64,000 nt of DNA from assembly GCF_000143415.4 (NCBI RefSeq), contig NW_003314331.1, positions 168,244 to 232,243 on the forward strand, in the 5' to 3' direction. Shown piece by piece: positions 23,143 through 36,361 of the stretch. Origin of the DNA: Selaginella moellendorffii. Its lineage: Eukaryota > Plantae > Lycopodiophyta. The notes under the pieces were generated by a model, which saw only the letters and a list, made by a program, of their open reading frames with translations, was not told the origin of the DNA and did not search any database. Position 1 is the first letter of the stretch; each line of letters begins with the position of its first letter. The position numbers and the translations under genes are program-made.

Positions 23143-24765
23143 CCACAAATTTAATAAATACTTTTTTAGCACAGTCCATTTTGTTTGGTTTGTTTTGCAT
23201 TACCAGATTATGGTCTTTTCATGCCTTTCCATTGTTGGTAATTCTTTTGAAGCACTATGAAAAGCAAGGGTGCAAGATGATACATTAATTATGGGAAGTT
23301 GACTACAAGATATATATGTAATTTGCTTTAGTATATGTGAAAGTTACCACAAAGGTGATATATACACGTTAGCTAGTAACTTGTTTTGGTATGTACATAG
23401 TATAATTCTGCCTCCTTGATCAAGTTATGATCAAGTTACGATGGAGCCAGAGATCACAAATCAGAGGTAACACTTAAGTAGTTTAGTAATTTTCAAAATA
23501 ATGGTGCATGCCATATATAGACATGTATTTATTCCAACTCATAAGTTTGTATTTTATACATTTAGAAAAAAAGAAAACTATGTAGGAAAATTTGGATAAA
23601 TTTTTGTCATAAGAAATACTCAATGAAATATTATAGTTGTTTCAAAGTCAATTTACTCTAATCTATGTTGGTGCTTAGTGTTAGACAATTTTAATAAATA
23701 ATTTCAATTAAATATACCATGAATATCCAATAATATTTCAATCCAATGCTAAATAAAACACTAATAAAAATAACAATAATGTTAATATAAATAAGATATA
23801 TAGGCACCTGGCGTTTAATTTGGGTAATATAAATGAAACCATAATTGTTTCAAATTACAAAATGAATAATCTTGTTTAATAGTGAGTATTATTTATAACT
23901 ATAATATTATTTGGAAAATATAAATAATCATTCTCTTTCTGTTAAACTTTATACATATGTATAAATATATATGTTATATTTTTTAGTGAATAATTTATTT
24001 GTACTTTTCAATTTATCTAAATTTTTTGTTTTCATAAACAAACCTGTAGAAAGGTAGTGGATATATCTAAAATATGCTTGGATATTTTAAGATATTTTCT
24101 AACAGTTGTTATTCATTTGAATTAATCTGTAAACTTTCTTAAACACTTCTTAATATATTCTAGTTTATTCTACATTCAAATGGTTGATATTAAATAAGAT
24201 TAATCTTGTGTCTATAAATTATCAATATCTTTATAATTATAAACGTTTCTTTGACCAAATGGATTAATAAATTACTATTAAGAAAATTAAGTATTATTGC
24301 ATGCAACGTGCACCAAATTATTTGTTTGCTTAACCAAACCTATAAGGGGATAGTGATTATACCTAGAATATGCTTGGATATTCTAGGATATTCTACCATC
24401 TAACAGTTGTTATTCATTTAGACTAATCTTGTATCTCTAATTTATAAATATGTTTTTAGATTATAAATTTTTCTAAACACTTTCTAGTATATTCTAGTTT
24501 ATTCTACTATGATTAATCTTGTGTTTATAAATTATCAACATGTTTATAATTATGAACTTTAATTGATCAATTGGATTAATTTATAGAAATAACACTACTA
24601 TTAAACAAACTAAGCATTGAATGTAGCAATGTGTAGCAAATTATTTTTACTTATGATAATATTTATTCAAACAGAATCAAAATATAAAACAATTTATGTT
24701 ATGACTCATGTCCAGAGACGTATATGACCACGAGAGAGGTCCCCTTGGTCCACAAAAGCCAGAGC

Positions 24766-25812
24766 TCAAGCATGCACGGCTTTGCCTTTAGAACTCAAAA
24801 ACTCCAAGCTTAACAATGTATTGGTCAACAATCTGATCCTGTGCAGTAAGAATTGTGATGTGATTTGGAGAACCATTCTTATCCATCCTAAAGAATTGCT
24901 CCAGAGCTTGCTTGCCTTTGCCATAACCAAAACTGAGGCCCTTTTTTTTTGGTGGCACCAACATAAACTATCTGTCTCTGTAACAAATCTATCTTTACTG
25001 ACTTCAAATACACCATTTGGATATTGAAGTCTATACCAGCAACCCAATTCACTAGATTTAAAAGTAACAATATGATTCCTGAAGTCAATTATTGCTGAGT
25101 GCTTCTTAAGCCAATTCATCCCCAAAAATATGGTATCTATATTCTCTTTTATACCAATAAAATCTGTACTTTCTGAAAAGCTTCCCATTTTATACGTTAA
25201 ATTCTCAATTCCATAACCATCTTTCATTTGCACATCTGCAGTTAATCTTTTTGTAAAATACTTGTAATCACGAATTGCTTTGAGCCCAAGTTTCTTGAGA
25301 AGTTGAAGTGTTATAGCTGACCAATCAGAACCATTATCAAATGCAATTGTGATGTGATGATCATTGATTCTCCCACTGTATTCTGCATAATGAAAAGTAG
25401 TACATATATGTTGATTTATTTTCTTGTATTTTCTGCACTTATATAATTGGTAGTGATCATCAAGGGCACCATCAATCTCCTTGAGGCAATATATAGAATT
25501 ATTGACCTCAAAAGTTAAACTGTTTATAGTGCCACTGCAGTCTAACTCTAAGCAATGTTGATGTATCCAAGGTGAACCCAAAATTATATCATGATCAAGA
25601 ATCAATGGTTTTACAGTCAAACTTGTTCTAAATTCACAATCCTCCACCATAAACTTGAAATCTTTAACTTGTGAATTACTGTCCACAGTAATATTGAATT
25701 CATCTACTAATTTCTGTGAGATAATATCGCTGTCACAACCAGAATCCCAAAAAACATTGATTTTCCTCTCCAACCCATGATCCCCATATAGCCTTCCAAA
25801 AGTTTCTGCCAT
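24766..25812 (-). CDS. Tandem retropepsin-like protease gene, copy 3
   Basis: Open 348-aa ORF with DSG and DNG motifs. A few amino-acid differences from copy 1. Confidence 0.75.
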   Translation of the reverse strand: MAETFGRLYGDHGLERKINVFWDSGCDSDIISQKLVDEFNITVDSNSQVKDFKFMVEDCEFRTSLTVKPLILDHDIILGSPWIHQHCLELDCSGTINSLTFEVNNSIYCLKEIDGALDDHYQLYKCRKYKKINQHICTTFHYAEYSGRINDHHITIAFDNGSDWSAITLQLLKKLGLKAIRDYKYFTKRLTADVQMKDGYGIENLTYKMGSFSESTDFIGIKENIDTIFLGMNWLKKHSAIIDFRNHIVTFKSSELGCWYRLQYPNGVFEVSKDRFVTETDSLCWCHQKKRASVLVMAKASKLWSNSLGWIRMVLQITSQFLLHRIRLLTNTLLSLEFLSSKGKAVHA

Positions 25813-27195
25813 CAAACCCTAAATTCCCAAAATCCTAGAGTGTGGGAATTTATAAGCCGTCAACTCTTTCCCTTTTATTTGTTACGTGTTCAACCCTTTG
25901 AGCTCGAGAACATCCTCTTGTTAGCAACCAAGTGAACATCGATGTCCTTGTTGCGCCAAAAAGTAACCTCATCACCGAGACCGAGTGTTTCCAGTGTCCG
26001 CAAACCTGGAGATCACAGGATCATTTCTTTTGCTGTCAATGTTTTTACCTCGTTCTTCCATTTTCCTAACTTCCACTGGCTACGTTGATCCAAAGCACAC
26101 CATCATCCACGTTCAAGCGCTCTCCTTCCTGTCGTGTAAGATGCAAATTCATGGATTAAACAAAGTTTCTACAAGACAAGTCACGCAAATTATCCAGACA
26201 ACATGGCATTTTAAACCTTTTGGACAGCCAGAATAAGGGAAGCTCATTCGACACACGAAAAGTATGCAAGCCAAGCAAAACAGAAGAAAAACGAGAGGAA
26301 ACACGAGCTTTTGTGGCTCTACCAACATGAGTGACAAATCCATGGTAAGCTTGCGGAGCTGCTTGTTTAACAAGGCCACTGCTGGTTGGAAGGCATGCTG
26401 AGCGAGAAAATGATGAACATTGGGGGCCAATGGGACCAGAAACTTCCATGCTTTGCTGTAGGATTACGCAACGATTACATACCTTTAAACCGCTTCCCCT
26501 CTCCTTGCTTTATCCTTGTTCTTCGCTGTTCTTGCTTGTGTTCTGCTCGTTTCTCTTGAGTCCCCATGCCTTCCTGTTAAAAAAAGCATTAAATCATTCC
26601 CACAACTGTTTCCCACGATGTTGTAAATCCGACTGACCTCGGGCATAGATGTTGGACGTGAGAGAGTACGCAGAGCCTGTTCCGTCGTCGAGCTTGAGAA
26701 CCGACTTGAAGGCCATCCAGCCAAGCTCCACATCTCTCCACTTGAGGCACGAACTTAAGAATACACCAACGCGTCCGCCTTGCAAGGCCACGCTCTTTGA
26801 GCGCCTCGTTTTGAGCGAGAGAACTTCCCACCGATGCCTCTGTATCCAGCCATCGACCATCTAAAGCCTGCCCGGAATCCTCTCTATCAAGCTCTTGGTT
26901 TTTTCTGCGTTTTCTTCTGTGGCATAAGATACAAATGGGACCAACCTTTGTTTCCATCAAGGACAGATTATTAGTAAGAAATGATAAAGCGAGCTCATAT
27001 TTTTCATACCTCGAGCCTGACCAGTTTGCCGCTGCTAAAAAACCTGCAACGTTTCAAGTTCCTTCTCCAGCCATTGGAATGCAGCAAGATCGCTTGACTT
27101 ATCCCTCGACAAGCACCAGCTCTACGTCAATATCTCTGCAAGAAAATATATAAAAATCACCTGGATGCTAGAAACGAATAGCCAGATACCTCTCT

Positions 27196-28085
27196 TTAGA
27201 CACGATGCAGCATTTCAAGTTCTTTCTCCAGCCACTGCAATGCAGCAAGATCGTTTGACTTATCCCTGCACCACTCAACTGGTAGCTCTACGTTAATATC
27301 TCTGCAAGAAAAAGGAAATAAGAAAATCACCTGGATGCTAGAAAAGAATAGCCAGTTACCTGCGTAAGGACAAAACTTCCATGTTTTTCTCAAGCAACAC
27401 GGAATGCTCTTTGAGAGCATCTTGTATGTATGGCTTCCCAACCGCTCGAATTGCCGCTGCACTTAATATATTTTCTAGCGAGCCGTGCTTCCTCATAAGT
27501 TTCAGAGCTGTCTTCCGTCCAAAACCAGGCACACCGGGACCACCATCAGCAGCATCCCCTAGCAAGCATCCTTGGAAAGAAAAAAACAAGAAGAAATAAT
27601 CAGCCAAACTTACGAAACTGGATATATACGAAGTCCCAATTCAATCCCAGGCTCGCGTTTGTGTTGTTCAACGTAATCCTTGACAGTGTGAAACGACCAC
27701 CTCCGTAGATCCGCAAATGGAATCAGCAGCTCAACGTTTTCCGAAACGAGCTGCTTGAAATCTTTATCCGGGGATGCAAGACTGCTTTCAAACTCCTGTC
27801 TGTTTTCAAACTCCTGTCTGTAACTTGCCGAGCTAGTGTCGTAACGACGTCGTCCGCTTCAGCATTATCAACTAACCTGTCAGCAAAGAACTTGGAATTT
27901 TAGCTCATGGAAAAATGAAAGATCGAGGACATACGTCGAAGAAAGCATTGGAAACGAGAGAAACTCGCCTCTAAACCCCTTGTCCATTTGAAGCTCGGAT
28001 CTAGAGGCTTGAATTTCCTCCTTCCAGCCTTGTAAGAAGGAAGAATTTTTCTCCTATAGTCATTCCCAAATTCGCCATCGAAAAC
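27196..28085 (-). pseudogene. 5'-truncated OEX2-like 5'-3' exonuclease gene (longer fragment)
   Basis: YRRKILPSYKAGR, EADDVVTTLARQ, SPDKDFKQLVSENV, DLRRWSFHT, LLGDAADGGPGVPGFGRKTALKL. Contains an 18-bp tandem duplication at 27786-27821. The 5' end is replaced by a DnaJ-derived insert. Confidence 0.8.
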
Positions 28086-28092
28086 CTGCGCT

Positions 28093-28174
28093 ATGCTTCA
28101 ACCAGGCGAAGAAGGAAAGGAAGGAGACGGTGAAGGAAGAGAAGATTGCCAAGAGCAAGATGGAAGAAGGAAGT
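28093..28174 (+). repeat. 82-bp templated copy of DnaJ coding sequence (source 47998-48079)
   Basis: atgcttcaaccaggcgaagaagg...gaagaaggaagt differs from the source by one visible mismatch. Second copy at 39689-39770. Confidence 0.92.
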
Positions 28175-28920
28175 ATCCGGTGGAGTGTCTCCACGACGCA
28201 TTCGAGCATAGATATCGAGAGCTTCACCACCCTCGCCGCTGCTGGCATACCCGAGAATCATGCAGTTCCATGTCACCACACTACGATGGCTCATTCCTTC
28301 GAAAACTCGACGAGCCTCTGTCAAGCTCCCACATTTTGCGTAAAGATCAATCAAGGTGCTCGCGACGAAGAGATCCGAGTCTAAGCCAAGTTTTACTGCT
28401 TTCCTGTGAATCTCCCTGCTCCTCTCTAAGAATACCACCCGTTGACCATCCAAAGCCTGCCCGGAATCCTTCTCTATCAAGCTGGAACAAGCCTTGAGAG
28501 CACCAAGAACTGATACTCGATCCGGTTTGTACCCTTCGTCTCCCAGAGGAGCAAACAACTGTAGAGCCATTTCACCATTTCCACTCTGTGCATATCATAT
28601 CCCTGTACGATCGAATTCCAGGAGACAACATCGCGATGCGGCATGCTGTCAAATGTTCCACGAGCATCTATCATGCTTCCGCATTTCGCGTACAGATCAA
28701 GCAGGATGTTGGCGACGATAATGTTTGAGAAGTCACCTGTCTCGGAAACATCCCTGTTCATTCTCCTGCCTAGTTGTAGATCTCTCATGCTTCTACATAC
28801 CTTGAGAGCACCAACAACAATGCCAATGGCTGGTTTCAATCCCTGACGTTGCATTCGTCTGTACACTTCATTTGAAAGACCCTGAGGTTTCTGCAGAAGT
28901 GGACCAACCTTCGCTCCATC
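28175..28920 (-). pseudogene. 5' half of the PPR pseudogene (unit 2)
   Basis: Near-identical to 8124-8872. Truncated at the DnaJ insert. Confidence 0.85.
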
Positions 28921-29161
28921 AAGGACAGACTATGGATTCTACGAAGGCCGTAGTAAGAAACGATAAAGCGAGCTCAAAATTTTCATACCTTGAGCCTGAT
29001 CAGTTCACCGCTGCTAAACAACCTGCAACGTTTCAAGTTCCTTCAATGCAGCAAGATCGCTTGACTTATCCCTCGACAAGCACCAGCTCTACGTCAATAT
29101 CTCTGCAAGAAATATTAAAAAATGATCTGGATGTTAGAAACGAATAGCCCGATACCTCTGT

Positions 29162-29516
29162 TTAGACACGCTGCAGCATTTCAAGTTCTTTCTCCAGCCA
29201 CTGCAATGCAGCAAGATCGTTTGACTCATCCTGGACAAGCACCACTCGAGAGGTAGCTCTACGTCAATATCTCTGAAAGAAAAAGGGAATAAGAAAATCA
29301 CCTGAAAGAAATAGCCAGATACCTGCGTAAGGACAAAACTTCCAAGTTTTTCTCAAGCAACACGGAATGCTCCTTGAGAGCATCTTGCATGTATGGCTTC
29401 ACAACCGTCCGAATTGCCGCTGCACTTACTAGATTTTCTAGCGAGCCGTGCTTCCTCATAAGTTTCAGAGCTGTAAAACCAGGCACACCGGGAACACCAT
29501 CAGCAGCATACCCTAG
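29162..29516 (-). pseudogene. OEX2-like 3' fragment (unit 2)
   Basis: Near-identical to 9112-9466. Confidence 0.75.
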
Positions 29517-30795
29517 CACAAGCGCTCACACACTCGCGACTCCAAGCTCAAGCACAAACGAGAATGACTTACAGTGAAAACGAGATGCCATCCGACTTGC
29601 TCCCGCAGTAGCAAAGCGGCCATCCGATGGAGCTCGCCGTGGCGCCACCAAGAACTGGGGATTCCGAGCTCGCCCTGGCGCCATTCTGAGCGGGAGCGCG
29701 CTGTGCGATCCAAGACGCGGCCGCCATGGACAATTGTACCCTAAATATTTTTAAAAATTTCTGTCGATGCTACATTCTTCCCTCCCAGAATCGAAATCCA
29801 GCCACTGGTGCGGCAGAAATCCGAGCGCAAGCTCCATCCGCGACGGCGTTGGCTTGGAAATCGCTCGATCGAGAGAGAACTCTCGCGGCTAAGCGCCCGG
29901 ACCAGGCAGTGGGAGAATGGAGGATGAAAGTCAGCCGCCTTGGATCAAATTCACAAAATGACAACAGATTGCCGCTCGATACATGGCCTCGCGCCCTTTC
30001 TTTCGACGATCTCACAGCACCACGAGCTCGGCCTCATCCTGCTCCTGCTCCCCTCGCTGCATCACGATTCTTGGACGTCTTCTTCTCTGAAACAGCAAGA
30101 TTTCAGCTCGCGAGCCAGAGATCGAGAGAGAAAGAGAGAATCTTTGCCAAGATTTCGAGTGTGAGGGAGAGATTGAGAGTGAGGGAGAGATATTTCGGGA
30201 GAGATTGCACGAAATTTCACCTTGCGCAGCTTGAGCCTTGGCCCTTTCCTTGTCCTGGCGCTGCCGTTGGGATTCACTGATCCCGCGACGTTCCTTCCTC
30301 GGCATTCTCATCTTCCCCTTCTTCTCGTTGTCGGCTGCCCTCGTCGAGCTTTTGCCCGCCATCGCACTTCCTCCACACAAAAAACCCTCGCAACGAAGCA
30401 ATGAAGAAGAAACGAATATTCATGTTTTTAAATTTATTCCCGCCCTCGCNNNNNNNNNNNNNNNNNNNNNNNNNNNNNNNNNNNNNNNNNNNNNNNNNNN
30501 NNNNNNNNNNNNNNNNNNNNNNNNNNNNNNNNNNNNNNNNNNNNNNNNNGTTCAAATGAATTACCATGCCAGCCGAGCATTACCATGGCGTTCTTTCTTT
30601 TTAATTTGACGGCGTAAGCTCTGGTGACTGCCCCGCATACACGATCGTAGCCGACCACGTGGCGAGGCCATGGTGGCCGTGGCAGCAGACCATTTCCAGG
30701 TTTAACGACTAACTGCTATAACATTGTCACGCGAACAGAGTGGCGGCAGCTCCGGCGGCGCAATGCTCTCGGGGTAGCGCGAGCATGATCCAGCC

Positions 30796-32424
30796 ATGGA
30801 AGCTCTCAATGGCGTCAAGAAGAGGCATTTCAGGGTAGAGGGTTTCCAGTGGCCCTTCTCGCGCGTGGCTATGGAGTGGAGGCCTGGCGCCGGCACCGCC
30901 AAGCGCAAGAAGATCTCCAGCGACATCAATGTCGCCACTCCTCCTCCTCCTCCTTTACTTCCTCACCCTTCCTCACTCCTCTCCCTCCGGCAGCTCAATC
31001 ACTCACCACCACCGCACGATCCAAACTTTCTCCGCGCGCTCCAGGCCAATGCTCTTCGGACAATGTCGGTGAATGGGAAGGGCTTCCTATCGAATCCTTG
31101 GTCGAACAGGGCAGCTTGGTCCAGGGTCGGGTCGAAGAAGGATCACGGTGGGGATTTGATGAACAAGAAGAGGCAGCTGGAGCTGTGGGACTTGGCGGGG
31201 TTCTCTCGTGAGAAGTTAAAGCTTCTCAATGAGATTGAGGTGCTCATCGACTCGGAGGAGAATGCTTTGAACATGGAAGCTTCTGCTAAGGTTGGTCGAA
31301 GGCTCCTTCTTTCTTGAGTTTAGACCATCGTTTTATTTCTTCTTTCTTCTTTATAGGCCGCGGAAGGACGTCTTCGAAGCTTGCTGGATATCTGCGTATG
31401 CTCTCAATGCCAGGAGAATATAGAGAACAGGATAGCTCTACAAAGCGTGAGAACCAAAGGTTTGGACGATGGCAAGGTTATTTCAGCAAGAACGAATGTA
31501 GCGACTGCAAAGCAAGAGGATCAGACAGCACCAGCGCTGGAAGGTCCCAAAACCACGAAGGTGACACTTAGATATAGTTTTCTAGGTCGGAAGTATTGAT
31601 TTGGTTGCGTGTTCTCAGCTTCCAGAATCTCTCGAAAAGGAAAGAGAGAAGGAGAGGCGCTTCTTTCTTGGAAATGTGAAAGAAGCCATGGAGCGTGACC
31701 GGGTTGCGCTTGACAACTTTCTGCAGAAGCAGAGGCTCAAGCATGAAGTGTCTAAGCAGAAACTTGGCGAGGTGAAGGGGAGCTTTCTTGGGAAGTATCT
31801 GAGCTTTCTTGACAACTCACTGGACGATGCTCTCCAAAAGGACGATTTAAGCGACAAGCACGACCAGGTTTTCAAGTCTTTTACGTGTTGCTTTATTTGA
31901 TCTCGAGGTCTCACTTTAGATTTCCTGTGTTAGGATTCAGAAGGTTTGGAGGATCCTTCCAAACTTCGCAAGGATTAAACTCCTGAGCTGGAACGATCTT
32001 CTGAAAAGTCAGATGATCGTACCGAAGAATCATTTACAACTAGAGAAGCTGGACGACAACCTCATGACGTTTCGCTTAGCACAGACGCGAAAAAGCTTCC
32101 GGAGACAATTCACAAGCGTCTGGACAAGAACAAGCACTTCCAGGAGATGCTATCCGGACGAGAAAACTCGCACGATCATCAAAGACAGAACGTTAACGGG
32201 CTGGAGCACATTACAAATCGGGAGTATTCTTGCAGCTGCAAGAGTCCGTGGGAGATGAGGCCCCCGAGAATTTTCAACTTCACCAGAAAGACGACGTCGA
32301 GAGTGTTGCAAACTTCTGGAGAGCTTGATATTGGGAGTCTTGAGGAAACTGCAGGGAATAGAACAGCCTACGAGGGGTTTCCTCAAGGCTACTCGTACAT
32401 CTACGTCTCTCCACCTTTCGAGAC
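30796..32424 (+). pseudogene. 5'-partial duplicate of the coiled-coil gene (unit 2)
   Basis: Matches 42262-43901, with a 12-bp deletion in exon 1 and a CAA>TAA nonsense change at 31976-31978. Confidence 0.85.
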
Positions 32425-34040
32425 GTAAGCTCTCGCAACAATGGGGCGATCCGATGCTCGAAGAGGCTGACCGACGCAAATCCGCCGCCCCTNNNNNNNN
32501 NNNNNNNNNNNNNNNNNNNNNNNNNNNNNNNNNNNNNNNNNNNNNNNNNNNNNNNNNNNNNNNNNNNNNNNNNNNNNNNNNNNNNNNNNNNNGCTTTTCT
32601 ACAATCGCGTTGGAACCTTCGTTCGAGAAAAATCTCGAGGTATGGAGACAGAGCAATTTCACCGCTAACTAAGGTTTGCGCCTAGATCAAACTATTCATA
32701 GCAAGCTCTTGTATGATTCCAGATCAAGTCCAATCTCGCCGAGAAACATTGACGAACTGCCGAGTTTTCTGTATCTCCGGAAGTTTACGAGGCAAACAGT
32801 TTTGTTTTAAATTTCAAATGAACGAATATACTTCGACTTGAGATGGCGGCGGGACATTTCCAGGTTTAACAACTAACTGCGAGTGGCAGCAGCTCCGGCA
32901 GCCTCGGTGGTAGCGCGAGCATGATCCGGCCATGGAAGCTCTCAATGGCGTCAAGAAGAGGCATTTCAGGGCAGAGGCTTTCCAGTGGCCCTTCTCGACC
33001 AAGCGCAAGAAGATCTCCAGGGACATCAATGTCGCTACTCCTTCTCCTCCTCCTTTACCTCCTCACCCTTCCTCACTCCTCCTCCCTTGCCCCCGGTACC
33101 AAACTTTCTCCGCGCGCTCCAGGCCAATGCTCTTCGGACAATGTCGGTGAATGGGAAGGGCTTCCTATCGAATCCTTGGTCGAACAGGGCAGCTTGGTCC
33201 AGGGTCCAGAGCACGCTCGGGTCGAAGAAGGATCATGGTGGGGATTTGATGAACAAGAAGAGGCAGCTGGAGCTGTGGGACTTGGCGGGGTTCTCTCGTG
33301 AGAAGTTAAAGCTTCTCAATGAGATTGAGGTGCTCATCGACTTGGAGGAGAATGCTTTGAACATGGAAGCTTCTGCTAAGGTTGGTCGAAGGCTCCTTCT
33401 TTCTTGAGTTTAGACCGTCGTTTTATTTCTTCTTTCTTCTTTATAGGCCGCGGAAGGACGTCTTCGAAGCTTGCTGGATATCTGCGTATGCTCTCAATGC
33501 CAGGAGAATATAAAGAACAGGATAGCTCTACCGAAAAGTAAAGAGAGAAGGAGAGGCGCTTCGTTCTGGGAAATGTGAAAGAAGCTATGGAGCGTGACCG
33601 GGTTGCACTTGACAACTTTCTGCAGAAGCAGAGGCTCAAGCATGAAGCGTCTAAGCAGAAACTTAAACCCGAGAGGCTATTCGCGACGTATACGAATCGT
33701 GGCCAGAGCAAGCTGGTGGACTCGAGGAGCTTTGAGCGACGTTGGAACACGATCGAGGCATATCCCGGAATGATCATCATGGAGGCGCTTGAAAATTTTT
33801 GGAGCTCGTGCCCGAGTGTAACGGACTAATTTTTCCGATGCCAGAGAAAGATTGCATGTACTGGTGGTTTCTTAAGGTAAATTAGGGTACGTTCTTTGAA
33901 TGCTGCGTGCTGCCAACCAACAATTGGAAAACTCGAGAAAGTTCTTTATTGCTATTCTCCTCGTATGGTGGAACCATGTGTAAGTTGTTGACTAGCAAAA
34001 GCCCTGCTGGTGAAATCCATAAAATTTGTAAGTTTAGGGT

Positions 34041-34738
34041 TTGATAGCAAAAGGCTTGAAAGATGAGAAGTTGGTGGATGAGTTTAATATTACTATTAAC
34101 AGTAACTCAAAGTTTATGAGTGAAGTTATGAGAACTTTGACTGTATTACTAATGATTCTTGATTATAATATAATTTTGGGTTCACTTTGGATACATAAAC
34201 ACTACTTAGAGTTAGACTGCAGTGGCATAATAAATACTTTAACATTTGAGGACTACATATTGCCTCATGGGTGATTGCAACTTATCTAAGTCTAGAAAAT
34301 ACAAGAGAATAAATCAACATATACATACTGTGGGAGAATCAATGATCAGAAAATCAGAATTGAAATAGATAATGGTTGTGCAAGTTCTGGAATACTTATC
34401 GGGAAACTCGGGGTTAAAGTAGTTCACGATTCCAAGTATTTTGCAGAAAGACTAACTCCATAAGTTCAAATGAAAGTTATGGAATTGGTATGTTATAATT
34501 AAACTTTTTAGAAAGAAGAAATTTTATTGGTCTAGAAGATTATAGAGAAACCATATTTCTTGGGATTGACTGGCTTCATAATCACTCAGCAATAATTAAC
34601 TACAGGAATCATATTGTTACTTTTATATCCAAAGAGTTGGATTGTTGGTATAGATTTCAATACCCATCTGGTATATATGAAGCAAGTAAAGATAGATTTG
34701 GCAAAGAGATGAGTAGTTTGTGTTGGTGCTCATTTTGA
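34041..34738 (+). pseudogene. Decayed inverted retropepsin paralog (unit 3)
   Basis: Near-identical to 22445-23142. Confidence 0.8.
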
Positions 34739-36361
34739 CCACAAATTTAATAAATACTTTTTTAGCACAGTCCATTTTGTTTGGTTTGTTTTGCATTACC
34801 AGATTATGGTCTTTTCATGCCTTTCCATTGTTGGTAATTCTTTTGAAGCACTATGAAAAGCAAGGGTGCAAGATGATACATTAATTATGGGAAGTTGACT
34901 ACAAGATATATATGTAATTTGCTTTAGTATATGTGAAAGTTACCACAAAGGTGATATATACACGTTAGCTAGTAACTTGTTTTGGTATGTACATAGTATA
35001 ATTCTGCCTCCTTGATCAAGTTATGATCAAGTTGCGATGGAGCCAGAGATCACAAATCAGAGGTAACACTTAAGTAGTTTAGTAATTTTCAAAATAATGG
35101 TGCATGCCATATATAGACATGTATTTATTCCAACTCATAAGTTTGTATTTTATACATTTAGAAAAAAAGAAAACTATGTAGGAAAATTTGGATAAATTTT
35201 TGTCATAAGAAATACTCAATGAAATATTATAGTTGTTTCAAAGTCATTTTACTCTAATCTATGTTGGTGCTTAGTGTTAGACAATTTTAATAAATAATTT
35301 CAATTAAATATACCATGAATATCCAATAATATTTCAATCCAATGCTAAATAAAACACTAATAAAAATAACAATAATGTTAATATAAATAAGATATATAGG
35401 CACCTGGCGTTTAATTTGGGTAATATAAATGAAACCATAATTGTTTCAAATTACAAAATGAATAATCTTGTTTAATAGTGAGTATTATTTATAACTATAA
35501 TATTATTTGGAAAATATAAATAATCATTCTCTTTCTGTTAAACTTTATACATATGTATAAATATATATGTTATATTTTTTAGTGAATAATTTATTTGTAC
35601 TTTTCAATTTATCTAAATTTTTTGTTTTCATAAACAAACCTGTAGAAAGGTAGTGGATATATCTAAAATATGCTTGGATATTTTAAGATATTTTCTAACA
35701 GTTGTTATTCATTTGAATTAATCTGTAAACTTTCTTAAACACTTCTTAATATATTCTAGTTTATTCTACATTCAAATGGTTGATATTAAATAAGATTAAT
35801 CTTGTGTCTATAAATTATCAATATCTTTATAATTATAAACGTTTCTTTGACCAAATGGATTAATAAATTACTATTAAGCAAATTAAGTATTATTGCATGC
35901 AACGTGCACCAAATTATTTGTTTGCTTAACCAAACCTATAAGGGGATAGTGATTATACCTAGAATATGCTTGGATATTCTAGGATATTCTACCATCTAAC
36001 AGTTGTTATTCATTTAGACTAATCTTGTATCTCTAATTTATAAATATGTTTTTAGATTATAAATTTTTCTAAACACTTTCTAGTATATTCTAGTTTATTC
36101 TACTATGATTAATCTTGTGTTTATAAATTATCAACATGTTTATAATTATGAACTTTAATTGATCAATTGGATTAATTTATAGAAATAACACTACTATTAA
36201 ACAAACTAAGCATTGAATGTAGCAATGTGTAGCAAATTATTTTTACTTATGATAATATTTATTCAAACAGAATCAAAATATAAAACAATTTATGTTATGA
36301 CTCATGTCCAGAGAGGTATATGTCCATGAGAGAGGTCCCCTTGGTCCACAAAAGCCAGAGC

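Noticed and set aside
32000-32492. Elevated divergence of the coiled-coil copy here as accelerated evolution
   Set aside because: Lies immediately beside an assembly gap, so low-quality read ends could explain it. Cannot be distinguished without traces.
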